Made by a program: the position numbers and the translations under genes. A DNA stretch of 60,216 bases, the filler included. It is 8 parts of 8 records of this genome, joined end to end, with 100 filler letters (N's around TTAATTAATTAA, not from the genome) between each part and the next. Parts side by side here need not be neighbours in the genome. Positions count along the whole stretch, not along the records: positions 34,294 to 40,850 come from SRR31147125_17905; positions 40,951 to 45,985 come from SRR31147125_17909; 6 more parts are not named here. One strand, written 5' to 3'. Shown one piece after another: positions 34,349 through 44,702 of the stretch. The notes under the pieces were generated by a model. It saw only the letters and a list, made by a program, of their open reading frames with translations, ran no database searches and had not been told where the DNA came from. Each line of letters begins with the position of its first letter. Position 1 is the stretch's first letter.

Positions 34349-36182
34349 TCAGTCTGTTTCTTCCATTTTCACCTCGGTTGACAGGTGCCGGAACCAGAAG
34401 TAATATAATCCGACTGACAAGGCGATTAGAATACCAGCCAGCCATCCCAGGTTGTCCCATCGGCCCATGACAATCATCATCATGAACAGAAACAGAATAA
34501 CCTGCCAGGGGACAGCGAAAAAGGTCGAGATCATATCCCTTTTGTTCTCATTATTGATTTTACCCATGGTTGACGCCTGGATTTTTTCCTCACCGGATTC
34601 CAGTTGCCAAAGGGTCGTGTTTTTTTGTAAAAGTCCTCTAAAACAGCCTGATCTGTTGCCGGCGTGGTAAATGTACCGATAATCATAAAAATAAAGGAAG
34701 CCAGGGAGGCAAAGGTAAATGAAAAATACTCGGGCACATCCGGAAAGGTGGCTTTTTGAATAATGGCTGCAATCATACCACCGGCCGTACCCCAGGCAAA
34801 GCCGTATCCGTTTAATCGCCACCAGTACCAGCGGGCCAGCATGGGAATGAGTAATCCGGCGCCGATACTCATGGTAATCCAGCCCCAAATTTCATTGATG
34901 TTTTTTATAAAAAGAGTAAAAAACAATCCAAACAGAACGATCATAATAGATGCCAGACGGCTTTGAAACATGAGGGCTTTTTTACCGGCATCCGGTTTTA
35001 AATAAGCCTGGTAAATATCCTTGACCCAATAGGCGGCACCTGCGTTGACCGTCGAATCAAAGGTTGACATGGCTGCTGCCATGAGCCCTGCTACGAGCAG
35101 ACCTTTCATGCCGATGGGAACCAGCTCGTTGATAACCATTGGCAGTACCTTTTCCGGATCCATGGCCACTCCGCCATTACTACCCAGGGCAATACCCATC
35201 ATGGCAATGGCTGCGATGAATGGCCATCTAAAGGAAAGCAGAAATGTCCAGAACAGGGACAAGAGGCCGGTATCACGATCGCTTCTTGCTGCCATGTAGC
35301 GTTGCAGCATATAATTGCCGGTACCACCACTTCCTTCAAGGGTCACCTTGAACAGATAGAAAATAATGGCAATTCCAAACAAATTATAGATAGAGTAGGA
35401 ACTTCCCTCTGGTATGGATAACGTCCATTTTGGTATAATACTGGTCCATGCCTGGCGCGTTGTTTCAATGGCCTGGAACGTCCCATCCCGCATTGGCATG
35501 GAGATCATAAAAGAATCAGGTAAGCCAAATTTAACGACAGCCATAACACAGATAAAGACGATCGTACCGAAAATAATAAGACCCTGAAAAACATCTGTCC
35601 AGACAACACCATAGAGTCCACTGGCTACCGTGTAAATCATGGCCAGGACAATCATAAGTGTGGCAGCCCAAAACTCGGAGGAGAGGCCCCAAAAATCAGG
35701 TATACCAAGGAATTCACCGATAAACTTTCCTGCACCAATAGCAAAATAGGTGATCATGGCAATGGTCATAATAATGGATGAAATAGCTGCTATGAGGCGT
35801 GCCACATCGCCTTCTCTTCCTGTGCCAAAGCGGAAATGCATCCATTCAGCAAGGGTCATAACATGAGCGCGTCGATTCCATTTTCCCATAAAAATCATCA
35901 GAAACGCCATAATGAGTGTGACGCCGCCGCGAATTTCAATAAAAAATCCACTGGCGCCTAGGGCAAAGATAAAGGCGGTATTGATCATGGTACCGCTCAC
36001 ATCCAGATTGGACGCCATACCTGACGCGCCCAGGGCCCACCAGGGTAAGGTCCGGTCGCCAAGGAAAAAGAGTCTATTCCCTTTTGAGCACGACGTTGCG
36101 CATACAAACCGATGAATACAATTGCAGAAAGATAAATTATCGTGATGATGTAATCAATGAGTGTCACAGTGATATACCTCAT
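34349..36182 (-). CDS. Sodium:solute symporter (SSS family); indels near 36065 and 34585
   Basis: (F)LGDRTLPWWALGASGMASNLD, GVVWTDVFQ, QRYMAAR, AAAMSTFDS, RWYWWRLNG; three track ORFs join into one. Confidence 0.9.
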
Positions 36183-36304
36183 GTTTAAGTTGAATGAATT
36201 TTTTAATAATTAACCTCATAGACGCAAAGGCCGCAAAGAAAAAGTTGGGAATTCTTAAAATGAAAATTCTTTTTGTCTATATGGTTTATAAAAGCTAAAA
36301 CATA

Positions 36305-38347
36305 TTATTGATTCTGCGATTTTGAGAAACGAATTGCCATATTTATCTTTTTTAACAATGAGCTGATTTTTTCGTTGTTGGGTTGAGATCTTAAAGCCGT
36401 TTCTGCAACGATTCTGGCTTTTTCATATTGTCGTGTTTGGGCATAGGAAGCCGCTAACAGGTACCTGGCGTTATTCAGATCCGTTACGCTAAATTGACTG
36501 TTATTACGTCCCAGTGTTACCGCTTTTTCCAAAAAAGAGTGTGCTTTTTGTGGTTGATTTTGCCCCACATATAATAAACCCAGTTTGGCATAAGCGAAAG
36601 GGAGATTGGGACTGAATTCAAGACTTTTAAGATAAGCCTGTTCGGCTTCTTTAACCTTTTTCTGTGCATACAACAGATTACCCAAATAAATATAAGGATA
36701 ATAATTCATCGGCCGGATCTTGATAAGCGACAAATAGTAATTCTCTGCTTCATTAAACTGGCCCTTTTTCATCCAATAGTCAGCCAGTTGATAGCTGGCA
36801 TCATTCCATGACATACTATTAACCAGAAGTTTATCAACCACCTTTTGCAAAACAGACTCGTAATCGGTTTCACCTGGTTGACGCATGGTTATTTTGTTTT
36901 TAAACGGCCAGCGACTGGTAAGCTGCTGTATTCGCTTATTGGCCATTTCCATTTCCACATCTGTAACCAGGGCGTGTTGAAGATAATCGAAACCGGATAA
37001 ACTGTCAGTGGTAATCTGTCGCTTATTATCAATCATAAATTGAAAATCTGTTATCTCTTTATAAAATGCTTCTGCCATAAGAGAATAGCCACGTAATGTA
37101 GGATGCAGATGTTCCAGGACAAGTTCATTTCCAACCAGGCCATCCCGGCTGTTCTTTTTAAATAACTCTTCTATTTCCGCAACAGGTACCTGCTCTTCCT
37201 GACAAACATCCCGAATAACCTCATTAAATTCGGTTGAGGCACGGAAGCGCAAAGCATCAAGATCACGAGCTCTCAGGTAAAAATGTTTTGCTCTTTGCAC
37301 ATCGCCAAGATTTTGATAACATTTGCCCATTCTATACGCAAGAATGGCTGGCATACTATCCACAAGCGCCGTCTCGTGAAACAGTTTCAACGCATTATCA
37401 AAATCGTTTTTTGTTTCTGCTGTTTTTGCTTGCAGAAACAGATTTTTCCATTGGGTTGTGTCAACAGTCGCTTCTGAAAAAACGGACTGGAAAGGCTCAT
37501 GATCCCGAATGTTACTCACCAGAGTTCCGACCAAAACGGGTATATTCTGTTTTCTGATAATGTGTAACGTTTCATCAAGATTTGCCTGGAAATTCTTCCT
37601 GGCAACTTTATATTGATCGGACTGAAAGCGAATAATATCGTTACCGACCATGGCTTGCATCAGGGTCGTGGATTCGGCTTTTTTGCTTCCTGAGGGGATG
37701 ACCTTTTTAAGCTGGGATAACGAATTCCCCAACAGTTGAAATAACCGAAAGGAACGGCATTTTAAATAGAGCTTGACAACGGCGCGATTCTGCCCAATAC
37801 CCTGTGTTGATGCCACGCCAAATGCACCGTAAAACTCATTATGCCCCATGTAAACAAGAAAAAGATCCGGCTCATATTGGACCAGCTCTTTTGTTATATC
37901 CAGCACAGAATAACTGTTTATGGCTGATATACCAAAATTAATAACCTCAAAATCTTTCTCCGGGAACATGACCTGAAGTCGATCACGCAACAAGCTGGGA
38001 AAGGTGCCGTTATAAAGAAAGGGCCAGCCAGCGGTTGTAGACCCACCCAGACAAAAAATTCGAACGGTTGAAGATGATTTCTGTACCCGGAACACATCAT
38101 TGCGGGCATCCGGTATGGCAATGTGTCCACCTGTAAAATATTTATGCGCAATCGTTCGATTGATAGTGTAATACTCTTCACCCTGAATATCAAGGTGCTG
38201 GACAACGGAATAGTCGTTGCCATACCCGGCAATACGTAATCCAAACTCAAAGATAGCCAGGATTAGAAACGGCAGCAGGAAAAGGAGGAGATAAAAATAG
38301 ACTGGATATTTTTTCTTTTTTAATTCGTTTGCGGTCATAAAAATCAC
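36305..38347 (-). CDS. Membrane-anchored SGNH/GDSL hydrolase-TPR protein
   Basis: IFCLGGSTTAGWP, YMGHNEFYG, EHLHP; TPR helices. Confidence 0.8.
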   Translation of the reverse strand: MIFMTANELKKKKYPVYFYLLLFLLPFLILAIFEFGLRIAGYGNDYSVVQHLDIQGEEYYTINRTIAHKYFTGGHIAIPDARNDVFRVQKSSSTVRIFCLGGSTTAGWPFLYNGTFPSLLRDRLQVMFPEKDFEVINFGISAINSYSVLDITKELVQYEPDLFLVYMGHNEFYGAFGVASTQGIGQNRAVVKLYLKCRSFRLFQLLGNSLSQLKKVIPSGSKKAESTTLMQAMVGNDIIRFQSDQYKVARKNFQANLDETLHIIRKQNIPVLVGTLVSNIRDHEPFQSVFSEATVDTTQWKNLFLQAKTAETKNDFDNALKLFHETALVDSMPAILAYRMGKCYQNLGDVQRAKHFYLRARDLDALRFRASTEFNEVIRDVCQEEQVPVAEIEELFKKNSRDGLVGNELVLEHLHPTLRGYSLMAEAFYKEITDFQFMIDNKRQITTDSLSGFDYLQHALVTDVEMEMANKRIQQLTSRWPFKNKITMRQPGETDYESVLQKVVDKLLVNSMSWNDASYQLADYWMKKGQFNEAENYYLSLIKIRPMNYYPYIYLGNLLYAQKKVKEAEQAYLKSLEFSPNLPFAYAKLGLLYVGQNQPQKAHSFLEKAVTLGRNNSQFSVTDLNNARYLLAASYAQTRQYEKARIVAETALRSQPNNEKISSLLKKINMAIRFSKSQNQ

Positions 38348-40392
38348 TTGTTATTATTGGCCACTTTTGAGGACCTTTTGAGACCCTGGAGAAATGCTCC
38401 GAGTCCGGGATAATTGGGATTTATGCTGGCTAATTTTTCCCCTGTTGCGATGGCTTTTTGTTTGTAACCAGACATAAAGTAGGCACCTGAAAGATTATAC
38501 ATGGTTTGCTGATCATCTGGATCCTGCCTGTTCGCTTTTTCAGGAATGGTAATGCCTTGGTGGTTCGTCCCTTGTTCAAAAATAGTACCAATCCATTTAT
38601 TAGCATAAACAGTCTCTTCCGCAAGAAGGGATTTTTGCAGAACAGGTAATGCTTTGTTGAATTCCCCCTGTTTGATAAATATTTCAGCCAGGTGCTGATA
38701 AGGGGAAACATTATATGGCGTTCCAATAATGAGTGCCTGATATTCCTCAGCCGCTTTATTTAAATCATCTTGTTTGAGATAATAATCAGCCATTTGCACA
38801 TGAACCATCTCCCAATTGATTTCATGGTGCTGCCATTTCCACATCATTTTTTCTATAAAGGATTCCGGTTTAAATTGCAGCGCCTTGTTGACGACATTCG
38901 TTTTCTGAAATGGCCACCCGCCTTTGAGAATTTTTATTTTATGCTCAGCTGCCAGCAGGTCAATTTCTGTTACACCGGATAAATTTATCAAAACAGAATC
39001 CTGGAGTGCTAATTCCGGCTTCCATTCCGGAGAGATCATTTTTTGATTTTTCATGGTCAGAAAAAATGAGCGTGCTATCAAGGAAAATCCCTGTAAATTG
39101 GGATGCAGATGATCTGTCATCAGACTATCACCCACGAGTCCGTTCGGTGATGCTTTTTCAAACTCTTCTACAATTGAAACGAGCGGCACAGAACATTTTT
39201 CACAGACAGATCGCAAAACCTCATTAAAATCTTCAGACGCTCTAAATCGAAGCCCGTCTCTGTCTTTGGCCCGGTAGTAATTCACTTTTGCCGAATCTAC
39301 CTGGTTTAATGCTTCATAACACTGCCCCATCAGGTAATATAACAGGGCTGGTTCCGGATCTATTTTTTTTGCCTGGTAATAAGCATCTATCGCTTTTGGG
39401 TATAATTCTTTTTTTTGATCGCTGAGTCCGTGCTCAACGATATTAATCCATTTTTTCTTTTGGCTCTGATTCGTATGTATTGAAATAAACGGTTTTTGAT
39501 CGCGACTATTTGCAACCAAATCACCGATAAGAATGTCTATCTCGTGTTTTTTAGATATATTAATAACATCAATCAGATTTTCTTTAAAAAATTGCAGAGC
39601 GCGATGATATTTTTCGCTCTGATAAGCAATGTCCTTATGGCGTACCATTCTTTCCATAAGGGTGCCGCTTTCCTTTTTAGCGTCAGGATCAGCAGCAATA
39701 AAAAAATCACGGGTCTTTACGATAACATCTCTAAGTAGTCGTGCCGTTCGGTATCGTTGCAAAAAAAGATAAAGCTTTATAACATTTCTGGATTCTCCCA
39801 ATGTTTCGGTAGATCCGACCCCCAGGGCACCATAAAATTCATTATGACCGGTATATAAAAGAAAAGCATCCGGTTTATAATGGACGAGTTGTTTGACAAA
39901 ATCCAAAACGGTAAAGGTATTAACAGCAGGCATGGCCGCATTCACGACTTCGATAATTTTATCAGGAAATTGAGCCTCAAGTCTGGTTCGAAGCATGCGG
40001 GAAAAAGCACCGTTGTGCATATAGGGGTATCCGGCTGCCGAGGATCCTCCTAAAACAAAAATACGATAGGCGTTTGCTGGTTTTTCTTTTAAAAAGACAT
40101 CGTAAGATATAGCTGTGGTAACTTTGTATTTCGGAAAGTAGACTTTACCAATCTCGTAATTCAAACGATAGAATCGACTGTCTGATTCATTTTCTAAAAC
40201 TAATTTAGTTTCACCACCATAATTAAAAAGAGTTAAAACAACTTCTGCACCTATAAAGAACAGGATTGGCAGAATGAACATGATAAGCGTGAAAACGATG
40301 GTTTTCACTTTTTCATCTTTTTTTGACGTGGCTGGAGCTATTGAGCTTTGCGGCTTTTTGTTTTTTGACTTTAGATTATTTTTCTCTGGCAA
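38344..40392 (-). CDS. Membrane-anchored SGNH/GDSL hydrolase-TPR protein (paralog); local compensating indels ~38540-38585
   Basis: IFVLGGSSAAGYP, YTGHNEFYG, DHLHP; TPR helices; segment FLNKGRTTKALPFLKK lies in another frame. Confidence 0.8.
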   Translation of the reverse strand: MPEKNNLKSKNKKPQSSIAPATSKKDEKVKTIVFTLIMFILPILFFIGAEVVLTLFNYGGETKLVLENESDSRFYRLNYEIGKVYFPKYKVTTAISYDVFLKEKPANAYRIFVLGGSSAAGYPYMHNGAFSRMLRTRLEAQFPDKIIEVVNAAMPAVNTFTVLDFVKQLVHYKPDAFLLYTGHNEFYGALGVGSTETLGESRNVIKLYLFLQRYRTARLLRDVIVKTRDFFIAADPDAKKESGTLMERMVRHKDIAYQSEKYHRALQFFKENLIDVINISKKHEIDILIGDLVANSRDQKPFISIHTNQSQKKKWINIVEHGLSDQKKELYPKAIDAYYQAKKIDPEPALLYYLMGQCYEALNQVDSAKVNYYRAKDRDGLRFRASEDFNEVLRSVCEKCSVPLVSIVEEFEKASPNGLVGDSLMTDHLHPNLQGFSLIARSFFLTMKNQKMISPEWKPELALQDSVLINLSGVTEIDLLAAEHKIKILKGGWPFQKTNVVNKALQFKPESFIEKMMWKWQHHEINWEMVHVQMADYYLKQDDLNKAAEEYQALIIGTPYNVSPYQHLAEIFIKQGEFNKALPVLQKSLLAEETVYANKWIGTIFEQGTNHQGITIPEKANRQDPDDQQTMYNLSGAYFMSGYKQKAIATGEKLASINPNYPGLGAFLQGLKRSSKVANNNK

Positions 40393-40545
40393 AATCTTTT
40401 TCCCAAAAATGGATTCGTTGAATCTCCGACGCTAAATAGCCATTTACTATGTTCTGGTTCTTGAAAAGGTTTTATAATCAGAGGACCGTTCTCATTATCA
40501 AAACGATCCATGCAGTAATTGATTGACTTTTAAAGTAAAGATAAG

Positions 40546-40582
40546 AAAAACCCCCATTTAACACAAATAAACGGGGGTTTTT
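40546..40582 (-). terminator. Intrinsic terminator
   Basis: AAAAACCCCC...GGGGGTTTTT, 12 nt past the stop at 40595. Confidence 0.7.
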
Positions 40583-40594
40583 GGGAGAAAAAAA

Positions 40595-40849
40595 TTATTT
40601 CAATAAAACGAGACGTTTGTTTTCAACAAAATCACCGGCTTTCATCTGGTAGTAATAGACACCACTTGAGAGGTAACTATTACTTATTGTGTCCCAATGG
40701 ACGCTATAGCTACCTGCTGGTTGAGTTTCATCAACCAGTCGAGCTACTTCCTGACCGATTCTGTTGTAAACAATAATACTGACGTGGCCTGCTTGTTTCA
40801 GGGAATAATCGATCGTTGTTGTGGGATTGAATGGATTCGGATAATTCTG
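40595..40849 (-). CDS. C-terminal secretion/sorting domain (T9SS type A/FlgD-Ig-like) of a truncated secreted protein; not in ORF track
   Basis: QNYPNPFNPTTTIDYSL...VYNRIGQEVARLV...SSGVYYYQMKAGDFVENKRLVLLK*. Confidence 0.88.
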   Translation of the reverse strand, partial: QNYPNPFNPTTTIDYSLKQAGHVSIIVYNRIGQEVARLVDETQPAGSYSVHWDTISNSYLSSGVYYYQMKAGDFVENKRLVLLK

Positions 40850-40850
40850 A

Positions 40851-40950
40851 NNNNNNNNNNNNNNNNNNNNNNNNNNNNNNNNNNNNNNNNNNNNTTAATT
40901 AATTAANNNNNNNNNNNNNNNNNNNNNNNNNNNNNNNNNNNNNNNNNNNN
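40851..40950. other. Artificial contig spacer
   Basis: N-run + TTAATTAATTAA + N-run. Confidence 0.99.
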
Positions 40951-41060
40951 CCCCTTCCTCCTAAAAATCTGCGGTTTCTGTATAGTTAAAATCTAGTAGT
41001 AGCATTATATAGGCTTCTTTTTAATAAATACTTTTGAGTGAACCTAAATTGACAGACAGA

Positions 41061-43751
41061 ATGTATTTGAACTTCAAGATTGTAAATTTTAAATTAGCTC
41101 TTCTTTGTTTAACATTAATTTCGAGCATTTCCAGTGCACAAGTTAGCCAACAAGACAAAGAATCCTTCTTTCAAAAAATAAAAACCGAAAAAATTGAATC
41201 CGACCAATCGTTTGAATGGAGAAATTTTGGCCCGGGAATGTCGGGTTATTGCGAAGAATTCTGGTGTCACCCAACGGATACAAATGTAATGTTTATGGGC
41301 CCCGATATGCATGTTAGTTTCGGAACCTGGGATGGCGGTAAATCGTGGCACACCATAAAAGATTCCGATGGATTGGGACAAGATATGAAACGTGTTCTCG
41401 ACATTGAATTTTCATTGCAAAATCCTGATTACGGAATGGCACTCGACTGGAACGGCTGGATTTACGAAACCTTCAACCGTGGTCGCAACTGGGAAAGAAC
41501 AGGAGCATTTGGGAAAAGCTATAAAGATTTTGGGATAGATCCGAGTGGCGGCGATGCTTTTGCCAAAGGTTGGTATTACGAACAAAAAGGAACACGCCAT
41601 AGCGAACTGGCCGTTGACCCCACAAACGATAATGTTTGGTACGTGGGAGCCGGCGATTTTTGGAATGTAAAAAGCAATCATCGTTCGGCGGCAAAACCTA
41701 ATGGAGTTCATTTAAAATATGCTGCGTACGGTTATATTTGGAAAACTACCGACAAAGGAAAAAACTGGACAAAAATTACCAACGGATTACCTGAAAACCT
41801 TGAAGTTGGGAAATTAATTGTCAATCCGAATAACACCAACGAAGTTATAATGTGCGCCAACACCGGCCTTTTATTGAGCAACGACGGAGGTTTAACCTGG
41901 AAAAACAATGCCTTAGGTTTGCCAAACAATTTACCCCGCGACCTTACTTCGTTTTACGATGCTGAAACCAAAGAATTTGTTTTGTATTTGGTTGAGCAAA
42001 CAGTGTATGAAGAAAATGGAAGTAAGGTAAAAAGCGAAGGAGGTGTATTTAAAAGTACCGATGCAGGAAAAAGCTGGAACAGCATTACCGGGAACCTGAC
42101 TTTCGATTTAAATAAAGTAAGTTTTTCGCCAGAAATTGACCGTTATCACCGCGCCATATCATATTGGTTTGGTATTTCAAAAGACGAATCGAAAAAGAAA
42201 TTCACCAAACTGCCAAAGGATGTTTTACCGGTATTTAACCGACTGGTTGTAAATCCACTTAACAAAAATGAGATTTACATTTCTTTCAATAAAAAACACG
42301 ATTTAACTTTTGGCCCCAGCGATGTTTGGCATACCGAAGATGGTGGCAAAAACTGGTTTGCTTGTGCACGCCAGGGTGCGTATTGGAAAAGTGGAAAAGA
42401 CAAAGCTTATTGGCAAAGCAGAAATAATCCAACAGGAACAAATATTGAGTTTGCTCACTTGCAAGTTTATATGGACAACCAGCCGGCTCGTTCAGGAAAT
42501 CGTATGATGGAAATAAATTCGGCAGGACAGGTTTTTATTGGAATAGACCAGCAAACTTTAAAAACAAGCGACAACGGAAAATCGTGGAAACAGGTTGACG
42601 ATTACGAAATTTCGCCGGGAAGCAACAAGTGGATTGGCCGCGGCGGAAGTAACCTGCCCGGCAGATACATGCTGCACGAAACCGGAATTAAGGGACGTAG
42701 ATTACTTTGCAGTGGCGAACACGGCCTTTGGCAAACCACCGATTTAGATGGCTGGCTAAACAAACAAGCCGTTGCTGTTGAGCAAATCGAGGGTCAGGTA
42801 CACGACCACAGCGGAAATCATGGTATGCACTCGGTATCAACTGTTGCTGTTCATCCAAACAACCCGAATACCATTTATATTTTAGGATGGCGACAAGAAC
42901 ACCGTGGTAATTTACGCAGAACTACCGATGGAGGGAAAACCTGGGAAAATATTGCTAAAATTTTCGATAACAATAGTCCTGAATATCGAGGCATTGCGGC
43001 GCAGAACTCATTGTTAATAGATCCTGTAAATCCGAAAAACATGTACTTCTGTGCTACGTGGCAGCAGATTTCTGAAGTTGGCGGCGGGCACGGTCCCGAA
43101 CTAACCTTAGGCGAATATGGTGTTTATCGTTCGTTCGATGGCGGTTATAACTGGGAACCTGCAAACAAAGGTTTTCATAAAGGTGCCAGCATTCGAAGAA
43201 TTGTTCTTCATCCCGAAAATCCTGAAATTATTTACGCCGCACTAAACGACAACAATGGCGGTTTGTACAAATCGGAAGACAAAGGAAGCAACTGGCAAAA
43301 AGTCAAAATTCCATCGGTAATAAAGGCGGTTAACAATGTATTTATCGACCGCAATACCAAACATATTTTTATTTCAACGGGGCGCCGAAGTGGAAGCTAC
43401 GAAGAAGGTGGTGTTTGGCGAAGCAAAAACGAAGGCAAAAGCTGGGAACAAATTTTTAAAGCGCCTTTTGTTTGGCAATGCGAAACCTCTCCTGTTAATC
43501 CCGATTTAATGGTAATTAGTGCAGCCGGACAAGCTGTAAAATTAGCTGAAGACTTTATGAATCCAGGAATTTACCTCTCGAAAGATGCAGGTGAAAGCTG
43601 GACAAAAATCAACAAAGGACTAGGTCAGCCCGATAAAATTGTGGATGTAAAACCCGACCCGTTTAATGAAGATGTGTTGTGGTGTGCATCGTGGGGATGC
43701 GGTTGGTTTGTGACTTATTTAAATGAAAACACTGAAGGTTGGAATAGATAA
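41061..43751 (+). CDS. Secreted BNR/Asp-box (VPS10/GH74-like) beta-propeller protein
   Basis: Many SxDxGxxW boxes (TTDKGKNW, STDAGKSW, TTDGGKTW, SFDGGYNW, SKDAGESW); signal peptide. Confidence 0.82.
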   Translation: MYLNFKIVNFKLALLCLTLISSISSAQVSQQDKESFFQKIKTEKIESDQSFEWRNFGPGMSGYCEEFWCHPTDTNVMFMGPDMHVSFGTWDGGKSWHTIKDSDGLGQDMKRVLDIEFSLQNPDYGMALDWNGWIYETFNRGRNWERTGAFGKSYKDFGIDPSGGDAFAKGWYYEQKGTRHSELAVDPTNDNVWYVGAGDFWNVKSNHRSAAKPNGVHLKYAAYGYIWKTTDKGKNWTKITNGLPENLEVGKLIVNPNNTNEVIMCANTGLLLSNDGGLTWKNNALGLPNNLPRDLTSFYDAETKEFVLYLVEQTVYEENGSKVKSEGGVFKSTDAGKSWNSITGNLTFDLNKVSFSPEIDRYHRAISYWFGISKDESKKKFTKLPKDVLPVFNRLVVNPLNKNEIYISFNKKHDLTFGPSDVWHTEDGGKNWFACARQGAYWKSGKDKAYWQSRNNPTGTNIEFAHLQVYMDNQPARSGNRMMEINSAGQVFIGIDQQTLKTSDNGKSWKQVDDYEISPGSNKWIGRGGSNLPGRYMLHETGIKGRRLLCSGEHGLWQTTDLDGWLNKQAVAVEQIEGQVHDHSGNHGMHSVSTVAVHPNNPNTIYILGWRQEHRGNLRRTTDGGKTWENIAKIFDNNSPEYRGIAAQNSLLIDPVNPKNMYFCATWQQISEVGGGHGPELTLGEYGVYRSFDGGYNWEPANKGFHKGASIRRIVLHPENPEIIYAALNDNNGGLYKSEDKGSNWQKVKIPSVIKAVNNVFIDRNTKHIFISTGRRSGSYEEGGVWRSKNEGKSWEQIFKAPFVWQCETSPVNPDLMVISAAGQAVKLAEDFMNPGIYLSKDAGESWTKINKGLGQPDKIVDVKPDPFNEDVLWCASWGCGWFVTYLNENTEGWNR

Positions 43752-43852
43752 AATTAAAATTTACGCCGCAGTATTGTAGCAATTTACCGCCCTTAATTGT
43801 GGTGTAAAATTGATTACTTCGAAATATATAATTGAATAAGAAAAAGAACCAA

Positions 43853-44674
43853 ATGAATAAATGTTTTTGGATTTTAGCAATCATCTTTTCATTCCAATTT
43901 AATAAGGTTTTTGCACAGCCAACCGCACCAAATGGAATGAAATGGAAAGCGGTTTCCGAATTAAGCGATGAGTTTAATTACTGGGACAATTCGAAATGGG
44001 AAAAGTCGCTTTGGAATTACGATGAACCGGTGCAAATGAAGGCAAAAAATTCAGGGATTGCCAACGGAAAACTGTGGATAAAAGCAACACTAAATGATGG
44101 CGCGGTTCGTTGGTTCGAGACCTCGCGGGTAATGTCGAAAGCACAAATAAGTTACCCCATGTATACAGAATGTAAAATAAAAGCAGCACACATTTCGGCC
44201 TATAATACATTTTGGATGAACAATGGGAACAGTCGTAACCGAGATGAAATTGATGTAATTGAAAACAACTCGAAACCATCTTGTAACTGCCAGCCCGATT
44301 TCCCGTGGCAAATGAATTCGCAGTATTTTTTGGTTATTGACAACGACACAGAACGAAACAAAGGCAACTTCGACACCCGCAAACTTTCGGACGACAATCC
44401 GCTAAAAGGGGTAAAATGGAACGAGGCTTACCACACCGTTGGCGTTTGGTGGAAAGATAAAAACAACATTCAGTTTTATTTGAATGGAGAACCGGCAGGA
44501 AGTGTAAAAACAAAACGCGATTTTACCCGCTCACTGCATATTATTTGGGATTTATGGACAAAAGATGTCGACTGGTTGGGTGGAATTGCCGTAAAGGAAG
44601 ATTTGAAAGATGGTAAAATTAACACGATGTATGTAGATTGGATTCATACATATTCGCTGGTGAGTGATGAATAA
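43853..44674 (+). CDS. GH16 glycoside hydrolase (agarase/porphyranase-like)
   Basis: LSDEFN, DEIDVIE catalytic ExDxxE, YHTVGVWW, MYVDWIHTY; signal peptide. Confidence 0.85.
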   Translation: MNKCFWILAIIFSFQFNKVFAQPTAPNGMKWKAVSELSDEFNYWDNSKWEKSLWNYDEPVQMKAKNSGIANGKLWIKATLNDGAVRWFETSRVMSKAQISYPMYTECKIKAAHISAYNTFWMNNGNSRNRDEIDVIENNSKPSCNCQPDFPWQMNSQYFLVIDNDTERNKGNFDTRKLSDDNPLKGVKWNEAYHTVGVWWKDKNNIQFYLNGEPAGSVKTKRDFTRSLHIIWDLWTKDVDWLGGIAVKEDLKDGKINTMYVDWIHTYSLVSDE

Positions 44675-44702
44675 GAAAATAAAACAATAAACCAACAAAA
44701 CG

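Noticed and set aside
36221-36240. GACGCAAAGGCCGCAAAGAA short direct repeat
   Set aside because: Single isolated copy; nothing further to support a call
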